Positions 9,271-17,616 of a stretch of DNA of 44,899 nt are shown here, in pieces. Within the stretch, counting starts at the first letter, position 1; each line of letters opens with the position of its first letter. The stretch is from Escherichia phage SSL-2009a: the sequence record NC_012223.2; one strand, given 5' to 3'. The position numbers were made by a program, and so were the translations under genes. The notes below the pieces were generated by a model. The model was not told the DNA's origin and did not search any database. It was given only the letters and a program-made list of their open reading frames with translations.

Positions 9271-9864
9271 GTGGCTGAGGTATACTCATTCGCCGCCACG
9301 ATCGCAACGTGGGTGGATAAGACGAAGGAGAACAACGACAAGGCGGTGCGGGCGTACGGTATGCAAATACTCGGACGCCTGATCGAGATCTCCCCGGTTG
9401 GGGATCCCCGCCGGTGGAAAATTAACAGGGCTTACGCGCTGGCCCGCCAGCACGCAAACAAGGTGAACGCCGCGCAGCGGCGCAAGAATGGCGGCAAACT
9501 GAAGCGCGGGCAGAAGAAACACGCCAGTGTGCTGGTATCATTCAAAACTAAAAACGGCAATGTAACATTCCGCCAGCGTGGTTGGGCCGCGAAGAATTAC
9601 ACCGGCGGGCGCTTCCGGGGTAACTGGCAGGTGACGTTCGACCGCCCGGCTGTTGGCGCTATTGACCGCGTGGACAAGGCCGGAACGGCAACACTAGCCG
9701 CTGGGCGTGAAGTGCTGGCACATTACGATTCGAGTGAATACGGGTCGATCTGGTTTACTAACAACGTGCCATACGCGCAGCGCCTGGAGTATGGCTGGAG
9801 TAAACAAGCGCCCGCGGGGATTGTTCGCGTAGTAGCGGCAGAAATCAATTCGAAGGTGAAATAA
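9271..9864 (+). CDS. neck / tail component protein (putative)
   Basis: 197 aa, GTG start with SD AAGGGG; position between head-tail genes and tail terminator. Confidence 0.5.
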   Translation: MAEVYSFAATIATWVDKTKENNDKAVRAYGMQILGRLIEISPVGDPRRWKINRAYALARQHANKVNAAQRRKNGGKLKRGQKKHASVLVSFKTKNGNVTFRQRGWAAKNYTGGRFRGNWQVTFDRPAVGAIDRVDKAGTATLAAGREVLAHYDSSEYGSIWFTNNVPYAQRLEYGWSKQAPAGIVRVVAAEINSKVK

Positions 9865-10286
9865 TGAGCAATACTCTAATCCGCAAGGCGCTTAACCGCG
9901 TGGTAGAAGATTTATCGGTAAGCCTGAGCACCAGCCATCGACCGATCCTTGTTAACTGGGAGAACGTGCAGGGGGACCACGCAAACGGTAGTGGTGTCTA
10001 CCTGGAGCCGTACTTACTACCGGCACCGACCCAGTTTGTGGGCTTCCAGCAAAAGGGGAGAATCTATGCAGGCGTTTATCAGGTTGCCGTTGTGTTTCCC
10101 GCGGGTACTGGCACACAGTACGCGAGCGAACTGGCGGACGCCATCGCTACGTCGGATAAGTGGCTGGCGGTAAAGATTTCCGGCGCTGCATTCCAGCTTC
10201 AGGACGCGCCATACACCAGTTCGGTGATTGAAGACGTTGACCGCGCCCGCATCGTAGTTACAGTCCCCTACACCTGTTGCGCCTGA
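9864..10286 (+). CDS. tail terminator / tail completion protein (putative)
   Basis: 140 aa, start overlaps previous stop (TAATG); immediately upstream of major tail protein gene. Confidence 0.5.
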   Translation: MSNTLIRKALNRVVEDLSVSLSTSHRPILVNWENVQGDHANGSGVYLEPYLLPAPTQFVGFQQKGRIYAGVYQVAVVFPAGTGTQYASELADAIATSDKWLAVKISGAAFQLQDAPYTSSVIEDVDRARIVVTVPYTCCA

Positions 10287-10347
10287 TTTGGCGCTATTCT
10301 GCGCGTGCTGTATCATTGAACCGTATATCTAAACAGGAGTGTTCATT

Positions 10348-11073
10348 ATGGGTTATCAACTTCCTAACGGGTCCAGCGTCCAGATTGGGTCCGTACTGGG
10401 CAACGGCATCGCTGTTACGGCAGCTACCAACGCCGCCGCGTCGATCTCTGATCTTACGAAAGGTTGCGTTATCACCTGCGCGGCTTCTCATGGCCTGCAA
10501 GTTGGTGACGTGGTTATGTTCACTAAAACCCCGTGGGTCCGTGCGCTGAACCGCGCGTTCATCGTGGGTAAAGTGGCGACTAACGACGTTACACTGGCGC
10601 GCTTCGACACCTCGGACGTCACCAAATATCCTGCCGGTGCTTTTGGGGCGGGAACCCCAGGCGAAGTGGTGAAAGTGTCGAATTTTATCGACTTCCCGTA
10701 TATCACTAACGTTGCCGTGTCGGGTGGCGACCAGCAGACCACCACCTTCCAGCCGTTGCAGGTGAATACTGCGATCAGTCTGAATACCACGAAAAACCCG
10801 TTGGTCCAGACTTACACGTTCACCCACGACGAAGAAGACCCGATCCGCCCGATTCTGGAAGACCTGGACGACACACAGAAAACCACTGTGATTAAGTTCA
10901 CTAACCCGGCAGCGGCAAGCGGCAAAGGTGAGATCCGCATTTACCCGGCTAAGGTGTCTTTCCAGAAGATTCCATCGGCTGAAGTAAACAACGTGGAGAC
11001 GGTGGAGTCCACCCTCACTATGCAGTCCGATATGGTTATTTACCGTAAGGACCTGGTTGAAGCGCTGTCGTAA
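10348..11073 (+). CDS. major tail protein
   Basis: 241 aa from ATG 10348 (SD AGGAG 9 nt upstream); directly precedes the G/G-T chaperone and tape measure genes; followed by terminator. Confidence 0.65.
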   Translation: MGYQLPNGSSVQIGSVLGNGIAVTAATNAAASISDLTKGCVITCAASHGLQVGDVVMFTKTPWVRALNRAFIVGKVATNDVTLARFDTSDVTKYPAGAFGAGTPGEVVKVSNFIDFPYITNVAVSGGDQQTTTFQPLQVNTAISLNTTKNPLVQTYTFTHDEEDPIRPILEDLDDTQKTTVIKFTNPAAASGKGEIRIYPAKVSFQKIPSAEVNNVETVESTLTMQSDMVIYRKDLVEALS

Positions 11074-11103
11074 TTTGGTCGCTTAAATAGCGGGTGTTAA
11101 TAT

Positions 11104-11128
11104 GGGGCCAGTACGGCCCCTTTTTTTA
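11104..11128 (+). terminator. rho-independent terminator after major tail gene
   Basis: GGGGCC-agtac-GGCCCC followed by TTTTTTT. Confidence 0.65.
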
Positions 11129-11143
11129 TTGGAGAATACCACA

Positions 11144-11506
11144 ATGGCTAAAGCACCACTCTTTACACTCGACCCTAAACCGACTTTTAAGCTACCGATT
11201 GAGATCCCGCGCCCCGGAGAAAACGAACCTGGCAAAATGACGTTTACCGTGCGCCACCGTCCGATCGACGAGTTTTCGCAGACCATGCAGGATACTGAGC
11301 GCAAGTTGTCAGAATATGACGACAATGACCCGGACGGCTTTAATGTTATGGTCGAGGCCATCATGCACGTCGCAGAAGGCTGGAATCTGCCGGACGAATT
11401 TAACGCGGAGAACGTCCGCCGCTTGGTGGTCAACTACCCGCGCGCGTTCGGCGTGTTCCATACGTCGTACTATCTCGAACTGATGGGATTGCGTGAAAAA
11501 AACTAA
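11144..11506 (+). CDS. tail assembly chaperone (gpG-like)
   Basis: 120 aa from ATG 11144 (SD GGAGA); acidic; ends just after the slippery heptamer A_AAA_AAC (11497-11503). Confidence 0.7.
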   Translation: MAKAPLFTLDPKPTFKLPIEIPRPGENEPGKMTFTVRHRPIDEFSQTMQDTERKLSEYDDNDPDGFNVMVEAIMHVAEGWNLPDEFNAENVRRLVVNYPRAFGVFHTSYYLELMGLREKN

Positions 11507-11820
11507 TTGAGGCGGCGCGACGCTTTTATGGCCCGCCGCCACCCTCCGAAGATTTAGCCGCGAGTTTATGGGGCGCGGCCCCTGAAGATGTTTGCCCACC
11601 AGTTGCGCTATGGCCCGACAACGCTAAGGTAGTCGCCGTCTTCACGGATTGCTCCACGCAATGGCGCACCGGATTCGGCGGCGCATACGGCATCGACTAC
11701 GGCGTACTGGAATGGCTTTTTAAGATGCACGGCATCGAAAACGCGCAACGTGCGTTTAAAGATATCAAGCTAATGGAACGAGTTGCGCTGGATGAAATGG
11801 CGCGGCAGAACCACGCATAA
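11144..11820 (+). CDS. tail assembly chaperone frameshift product (gpG-T-like, via -1 frameshift at 11497-11503)
   Basis: The -1 frame is open from the slippery site A_AAA_AAC to TAA 11818-11820 (about 105 extra codons, translated by hand with no stops); canonical position between major tail and tape measure genes. Confidence 0.6.
11497..11503 (+). other. programmed -1 ribosomal frameshift slippery heptamer A_AAA_AAC
   Basis: X_XXY_YYZ heptamer in the zero frame of the gpG-like gene, two codons before its stop. Confidence 0.6.
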
Positions 11821-12145
11821 CGGAGCGGGACAGGCGGGACGTCCCGTTTTGTCCCGCCACCACTAAACCGCATATATACTCACTTTCATTGCATAAATTA
11901 AAAGCGGGACAGGTGCGCTGTCCCGATCTGTCCCACCCCCAAAATGTGAATATCTATTCGATTTTCGTGCATAAAACAAACGGGACAAAAAGCGGGACAG
12001 AATTGGGCGGGACAAAGCGGGACAGCACCCCTGTCCCCGCCAGTGCTGCCGCGGGTTTTAGCCGATCGGGACAGGCGGGACAAAGCCAAGTCTTTCAGAC
12101 TAGACGGGGGTCAATGGCCCCCCTCGTCTGAGACTGAATAAGGTT
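11821..12145. repeat. iteron/palindrome-rich element A (GCGGGACA units, GGGACAG-N5-CTGTCCC palindromes, terminal GC hairpin)
   Basis: At least 9 direct and 5 inverted copies of GCGGGACA-like units; about 150 bp (11978-12137) nearly identical to 39700-39860; hairpin 12101-12130. Confidence 0.7.
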
Positions 12146-12204
12146 TGTTTTAAATTCGCTGATACAATGACCGACGGCAACTGCATAAAAAGGGGGACTG
12201 CATA

Positions 12205-14844
12205 ATGGCAGATCAGGCAGCGGGCATCACGCTCAAGGCGGACGTCGCGCAAATTAAAACGGCGAATACTGTGCTGGACACATTTGCGCAGAAATCCGAG
12301 AACACAGAACAGAAAGTAAAAAAATTAAACGACACCCTCGGCAAGTCGAAAAAGGTTACTGGCGACGCCGCGGGCGGAATGGAAAAGTTAGCGACTGAAT
12401 CGCAGCGCGCCGCCGACGGCATGACGAAACAGGAGCGACTAGCCAGCCGATTAGGCATGTCGACCAAAAACCTGGGATTCGCATCGCGGAACGCCGCATT
12501 CCAGTTACAGGATATCGCGGTTACGCTTGAGATGGGTATGCCGGTGCACCGCGTTATGCTTCAGCAGCTACCGCAGCTTACTGGGGCGTTTGGCGGACTG
12601 GGAAACACGCTGCGTTATGTCGTCGGCACACTCGGCCCGTTAGGGATCGGCATCGCTGCATTAACGGCAACGCTCGGCGTAGGGGTGGCAATTACGACCC
12701 GCGCAGAGAACCAGGTGGCGGCGCTTAATAAGACGCTGGCGCTGTCCGGTAATATTTCAGGCCTGACAGCTAACCAGATCCTTGTGCTGTCCGAGAACGC
12801 CGAGCGCATGGGCGGGTCATTTCGCAAGACGCGTGACACAATCCAGGCGCTGGCGGCGGCGGGTGTGAAAGCGGGTGGTGACTTTGGCGCATTGGCTAAG
12901 GTAGTGAATGACTTTGCGAAGGTGTCCAGCCAGCCGATCGAGGATGTGGTAGCGGCGGTGGCGAAGCTGTCAACCGACCCGGTAGGCGGCTTGCGCGCAC
13001 TGGCGGATAAGTATCACGTCGTAAACGAAGCGCAGATCCAGCAGGTACAGTCGCTGGTTGATGCGGGTCGTGAGACAGACGCAGTTGCGTTGGCTAACAA
13101 AACAGCCGCTGCGTCGTTCACCAGCATGACCAATGAGATCAAGGCGAACATGGGTACGCTTGAGCGGTCTATGAACGTCGTCACTTCGGCAGCTAAATCA
13201 ATGTGGGACGCTATCCTGGATGTGGGTCGCGCGCAGTCCTCCAATGAGTCTGAGATGAAAGCGCGCGAATCACTCCAGCGCATGACCACGGCGTACTATG
13301 CCGAGATGAAAGCGGTAAACGCAGCCGGTGGGGTAATGACTGAAGCGCAGAAAGCGCGTATTAACATGCTTTATAGCGAACTGGTCGCCCAGGAGAAAGT
13401 AGTAGCGTCGCTCACCCTGCGTAACCGTGCGGAGCGAGACAACGCCCGATCCGCAGACGAATCCGCAAAGGCGAACGAGGAGGCTAACCGCACCGCCCGC
13501 GACCGCGCTGCGTTCGAGAAGGAGTACGCAACCAACGCGAAGAAGCGCGCAGACGAGATCGCCCGCCTCAATTTGCTGAATAAGCGCGGCGTTATTGACG
13601 AGAAAGAGCTTGCTGAGGCGGTTAAGCAGGTAAACGAGCGTTACAAAGACCCGGCCCCGAAGAAGGCCGCGGCTGTTCGCGTGGATGCCGGTATGAAAAT
13701 GCTGGAAGTCGCACGGAGCGAACTGGCCCAGCTTCGAGAATCCGGCAAGCAGATCGAAGCCAACGCGTCTACGCAGACCCGCACGCAACGCGCGCAAGCG
13801 GCCTTAAACAAGCTGATCGCCGACAATGAGCAGTTAATTGCTGCGAGCAAAGAAAGAGCGCTAACGGCAGCAGAAAAGCAGCAGATGGTCGAATTCGGAC
13901 GCGTGAAGGAAGTGCGCGAGCAGATCGTCGAAGAAGCCAAATTGCTGGACGCGAAAGAGAAGCAGGTTAAGGCGCACGCGCAGATCGATGCCTTCGTTAA
14001 GAACCAGAACGCCGAACTAAAAGCCACCGCCGCGGGCTATGCGCTTTCCACTCGCGAAGCGGCAAACCTGCGCGAAGAATTGCAGTTAATCGACCGCCTG
14101 AAGCGTGTAGGCGCTAACGATACCGATATTGACAAGGCGGTGTCTAAGCTGCGGGAAGTGCAGGAGGCGCAGACCGGCGCTAACGCCTCGCTATGGGATG
14201 GATTCAGTCGCGGGCTTAAGGATAGCGTGGATGAAATGGGTAACGGATATACGCAGATGGCGTCGCTTACGAAATTCACATTCAGCGCTATGCAAGACAC
14301 GATGAACGAGTTTTTCGAGACTGGCAAGATTAACGCGAAGGATATGGTCAAATCCATCCTGAGCGAGTTAATCAAGCTGGCTACCTCGCAGGCGTTCAAG
14401 TCCATCGTTGGCGCTTTCGGTGGCGGCGGCAAAAACGGATTGTTCGGCGCTATCTTCTCGGGCCTCACTAAGAATGCGGACGGCGGAGCGTACGCAGGAG
14501 GCAATCTCGCGGCCTATTCGGGTAAGGTGGTAAGCCAGCCTACCTTTTTCAGTTATGGCGTCCAGGCGTTCGCTAAGGGCGCAGGATTGATGGGTGAGGC
14601 TGGACCCGAGGCCATCATGCCACTGAAGCGCGGGCCGGACGGGAAACTTGGCGTTGCCGCGTCGGGTGCGGGCGGTGGTATGGTCGTGACGACTAACGTT
14701 TACACTGGGGCCGGTAAAACAGACACCAGTGTGAGCGGCCCAGACCCCCGTACAGCGCAGGCGTTCGGCAAGCAAATCACCGAGGCGGTGAAGGCCGAGA
14801 TCGTGAAAGCGACGAAACCGGGTGGTGTACTTTACAAACGATGA
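12205..14844 (+). CDS. tail tape measure protein
   Basis: 879 aa, Ala/Gln/Lys-rich coiled-coil composition, glycine-rich C-terminal part; SD AGGGGGA; located after the G/G-T chaperone. Confidence 0.85.
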   Translation: MADQAAGITLKADVAQIKTANTVLDTFAQKSENTEQKVKKLNDTLGKSKKVTGDAAGGMEKLATESQRAADGMTKQERLASRLGMSTKNLGFASRNAAFQLQDIAVTLEMGMPVHRVMLQQLPQLTGAFGGLGNTLRYVVGTLGPLGIGIAALTATLGVGVAITTRAENQVAALNKTLALSGNISGLTANQILVLSENAERMGGSFRKTRDTIQALAAAGVKAGGDFGALAKVVNDFAKVSSQPIEDVVAAVAKLSTDPVGGLRALADKYHVVNEAQIQQVQSLVDAGRETDAVALANKTAAASFTSMTNEIKANMGTLERSMNVVTSAAKSMWDAILDVGRAQSSNESEMKARESLQRMTTAYYAEMKAVNAAGGVMTEAQKARINMLYSELVAQEKVVASLTLRNRAERDNARSADESAKANEEANRTARDRAAFEKEYATNAKKRADEIARLNLLNKRGVIDEKELAEAVKQVNERYKDPAPKKAAAVRVDAGMKMLEVARSELAQLRESGKQIEANASTQTRTQRAQAALNKLIADNEQLIAASKERALTAAEKQQMVEFGRVKEVREQIVEEAKLLDAKEKQVKAHAQIDAFVKNQNAELKATAAGYALSTREAANLREELQLIDRLKRVGANDTDIDKAVSKLREVQEAQTGANASLWDGFSRGLKDSVDEMGNGYTQMASLTKFTFSAMQDTMNEFFETGKINAKDMVKSILSELIKLATSQAFKSIVGAFGGGGKNGLFGAIFSGLTKNADGGAYAGGNLAAYSGKVVSQPTFFSYGVQAFAKGAGLMGEAGPEAIMPLKRGPDGKLGVAASGAGGGMVVTTNVYTGAGKTDTSVSGPDPRTAQAFGKQITEAVKAEIVKATKPGGVLYKR

Positions 14845-14851
14845 TAAAATG

Positions 14852-14880
14852 GCCTCCACATCCATCGTGGGGGCTTTTCT
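14852..14880 (+). terminator. intrinsic terminator-like hairpin after tape measure gene
   Basis: 8-bp stem (one G-U) 14852-14874 followed by CTTTTCT; abuts ATG 14881. Confidence 0.4.
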
Positions 14881-15480
14881 ATGGCACAAGGTACAATCAC
14901 ACTAACGAACGGAAGTAAGACCGTCACGGGTGCGGGGACGGCGTTCTTGAGCGAGGTCGGGAAGGTCCGCGTATTCGCCCGCATCGACGGCAACGACTAC
15001 ACCGGAAAAATTGCGGCATTCAACTCTAACACCGTCATCACCCTGGCGGATAACTGGGCAGGCCCGACAAAAGCCGGTGCGGCTTATGAGTTAATCGAAG
15101 CGCACGACCCGCGGTCAAACGAATGGCCCTATTACTGGCACATGCAATTGCAAGGCGGCGGCGACGTGCAGTTGGCTTTCCGGTCCGAGGAATTGCAATT
15201 CGGTAACGGCTACGGTCAGAACATCGCGGACGGCCCGAACGCCGAAACGAAACAGTTCCCCGTGCAATTCATAGGACTGACTACCGACAAGTGGTGCAAT
15301 CCCAAACTGGTTTACAACTTCCTTCGCGGGCACTTCGTCACGCCGTTTGTCGTCACCGCGCCGGATGGCGAAACCGGTTTATTCGTGGTCGAGCGTTCGA
15401 GCTTGTCGTACACTGACAACGGGCACTACACGGCAACGGTATCCGCCACCCTTAAGACTGCTATTGGATTCGTAAGATGA
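14881..15480 (+). CDS. minor tail protein (lambda gpM-like)
   Basis: 199 aa, first gene after tape measure; M/L/K/I/J-like gene order and sizes. Confidence 0.7.
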   Translation: MAQGTITLTNGSKTVTGAGTAFLSEVGKVRVFARIDGNDYTGKIAAFNSNTVITLADNWAGPTKAGAAYELIEAHDPRSNEWPYYWHMQLQGGGDVQLAFRSEELQFGNGYGQNIADGPNAETKQFPVQFIGLTTDKWCNPKLVYNFLRGHFVTPFVVTAPDGETGLFVVERSSLSYTDNGHYTATVSATLKTAIGFVR

Positions 15481-16265
15481 ATAAATTATATCGTGAGGCG
15501 ACGCGCTTTGACCCATCGGGACGCGTTCGCCTGATTCACATTGACGCGCAGGACGTGGAACCAGGCGACGGCGCAATCGGAGCGGGCCATCACTATTTTC
15601 ATTACTGCTTTATCCCGCACACCGCCGAGGATATTGCTGCCGCCGGTGGTGACGAGGATAAGCTAAAACCTAAATCAATCTTCTTCGGCGGGCAGGAGTT
15701 CGAATTTTGGCCCTTCGATTTGTCCGGCCTCAACTTCTCCACGTCAACGGCAGCGGAACCGCAACTAACCATCGTCGATATTGGCGGGATTATCACCCGG
15801 CTGTCGCTGAACCACGACCAGCTACTGGGAGCGAAGGTTGAGATCATTGATACGTTCGCGAAGTTCCTGGACAACGGGGCAGACCCAGACCCGACGCAGA
15901 AACGAGTTCAGGAGTATTACATCGACTCGCAGGTCGGGCGCAATCCTGGCAAGCAAATCACCTTCGCACTATCCTCACCTGCTGATATGGAAGGGCAGGT
16001 CGTTCCCCGTCGCCAAATCATGAATATGTGCGAATGGGCGCTCAACGGGAAGTACGCCAGCGGTGACGGGTGCACATGGAACCTTGCGAAGCCGGGGATC
16101 AAGTATTACGACGAGCGTGGTAATGAAGTCATTGCGATGAATATGGACCGATGCGGCGGCTGTCTGTCCGACTGCTATCTTCGTTTTGGGCAAGGGCTTG
16201 CGGATCCTAAAGCTGCGGTGTTGGACTTCGGTGGTTTTCCTGGGTCCAAGTTGATTAAGGGGTAG
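15477..16265 (+). CDS. minor tail protein (lambda gpL-like)
   Basis: 262 aa, ATGA overlap with previous gene; cysteine cluster near C-terminus (CGGCLSDC); position. Confidence 0.7.
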   Translation: MNKLYREATRFDPSGRVRLIHIDAQDVEPGDGAIGAGHHYFHYCFIPHTAEDIAAAGGDEDKLKPKSIFFGGQEFEFWPFDLSGLNFSTSTAAEPQLTIVDIGGIITRLSLNHDQLLGAKVEIIDTFAKFLDNGADPDPTQKRVQEYYIDSQVGRNPGKQITFALSSPADMEGQVVPRRQIMNMCEWALNGKYASGDGCTWNLAKPGIKYYDERGNEVIAMNMDRCGGCLSDCYLRFGQGLADPKAAVLDFGGFPGSKLIKG

Positions 16266-16267
16266 CC

Positions 16268-17008
16268 ATGTTAACGAAAAAGGTTAAAAGCGATATCGCC
16301 GCACACGTTGCGGCGTGTCTGCCGGAAGAAGCCTGCGGCCTGGTTGTCATGGTTGGTCGTAAGCAAGTATTCGTCCCATGTCTGAACGTATTCGAAGACC
16401 CGACCGGCGTGCGCTCACGCAAGGACGCGTTTACTATTAGTGATATGGCCTGGATGGATGCCGAGGATATGGGCGACGTCGTGCGCGTAGTCCATTCGCA
16501 TCCGGGACAGCGAGAGCTTACCCCCTCACTGGGCGACGTTAATGGATGCAACGGCAGCGGCGTAGTCTGGACCATCACTAACGAATATGGCGACTTTATC
16601 GAGATCGACCCTGAAGACCCGCCGCTGGTGGGGCGTCGATTTGTTCTCGGAATTACGGATTGTTACGGCCTCGTCATGGACTGGCACAAAAAGCAGGGAG
16701 TAAACCTGCCCGACTTCCGCGTGCCGTATAACTGGTGGGAGACAGGCGAAAACCTGTATATGGACAATTGGTACGGTGCGGGCTTCAGGGAATGCGAGGA
16801 GAATACGCCGGGGGCGATGGTCATAATGCAGATCAGCGCGCCAGTGCCAAACCACGCTGGGATATTCCTTCCGGGCAACCAACTACTACACCATATCTAC
16901 GGTAGTCTGTCGAGCGTGATACCCTTCCGGTCAGGATTTTTCCGCGACAATGTGGTTAAATGGGTACGTCATAAAGACCTACCGGGGGATATCACAGAAT
17001 GGCAATGA
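16268..17008 (+). CDS. tail tip protein (lambda gpK-like; JAB/MPN plus NlpC/P60-like domains)
   Basis: 246 aa; HSHPG (JAMM-like HxH) motif and later Cys/His pair (DCYGLVMDWH) consistent with NlpC/P60; position. Confidence 0.7.
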   Translation: MLTKKVKSDIAAHVAACLPEEACGLVVMVGRKQVFVPCLNVFEDPTGVRSRKDAFTISDMAWMDAEDMGDVVRVVHSHPGQRELTPSLGDVNGCNGSGVVWTITNEYGDFIEIDPEDPPLVGRRFVLGITDCYGLVMDWHKKQGVNLPDFRVPYNWWETGENLYMDNWYGAGFRECEENTPGAMVIMQISAPVPNHAGIFLPGNQLLHHIYGSLSSVIPFRSGFFRDNVVKWVRHKDLPGDITEWQ

Positions 17009-17616
17009 CCACGTTTAAATTGTACGGCGTCTTAGGGCGTCGATTCGGCAAAGTGCATAAGCTGGACTGCTTCACACCGGGCGAAGGAATCACCGGCTTG
17101 TGTGTGAAGTTGCCAGGGTTACAAGACTTTTTAATGTCGGCCCACCTGGACAACATGATGTTCAAGGTGCGCAAAGGCGACCACACAATGACCGGCTATG
17201 ACGAGCTAGGCGAGTTCCACGGCAACCGCGTCGTCACCATCGCTCCGGTTATGACTGGCGCAAAAAGAGGATTGGGCCAATTGCTGGCGGGTGTCGCGAT
17301 CGTAGTGGCGTCGTTCTATACGGGCGGACTTGCTACTGCCGCTTTCGGGGCTTCGGCTGCAACCGCTGCCGCGATCGGTACGGCGACATTTTCGTTCGGG
17401 ATGTCGATGGCGCTGGGTGGCGTTATGCAATTGCTGTCGCCTCAACCGAAAGGATTGCAAACAAGGCAGGACGTGGATAACAAGGCTTCGTATGCGTTCG
17501 GGGGGCCGGTAAACACGACCGCGCAAGGCACGGCACTTGGTGTATTATGGGGCGAGCGTGAGATCGGCGGCGCTATTATTTCAGCCGGAATCGTAACCGA
17601 GGATTTGAACGAATGA
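16999..17616 (+). CDS. tail assembly protein (lambda gpI-like)
   Basis: 205 aa with glycine/alanine-rich hydrophobic central region; overlaps neighbours; position between K-like and J-like genes. Confidence 0.65.
   Translation: MAMTTFKLYGVLGRRFGKVHKLDCFTPGEGITGLCVKLPGLQDFLMSAHLDNMMFKVRKGDHTMTGYDELGEFHGNRVVTIAPVMTGAKRGLGQLLAGVAIVVASFYTGGLATAAFGASAATAAAIGTATFSFGMSMALGGVMQLLSPQPKGLQTRQDVDNKASYAFGGPVNTTAQGTALGVLWGEREIGGAIISAGIVTEDLNE

Noticed and set aside
11898-12089. Minus-strand ORF (63 aa) across iteron locus A and its counterpart 39535-39807 across locus B, both containing CPAFCP-like peptides
   Set aside because: Both are created by translating the GCGGGACA repeats; they have no start context and lie in regions that behave as non-coding regulatory DNA. 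The similarity of the two peptides reflects the DNA repeat, not a gene family.
11821-12145. Possibility that the short GCGGGACA repeats form a CRISPR array
   Set aside because: Units are 8-9 bp with irregular spacing of 10-15 bp and mixed orientation, far below CRISPR repeat and spacer sizes.
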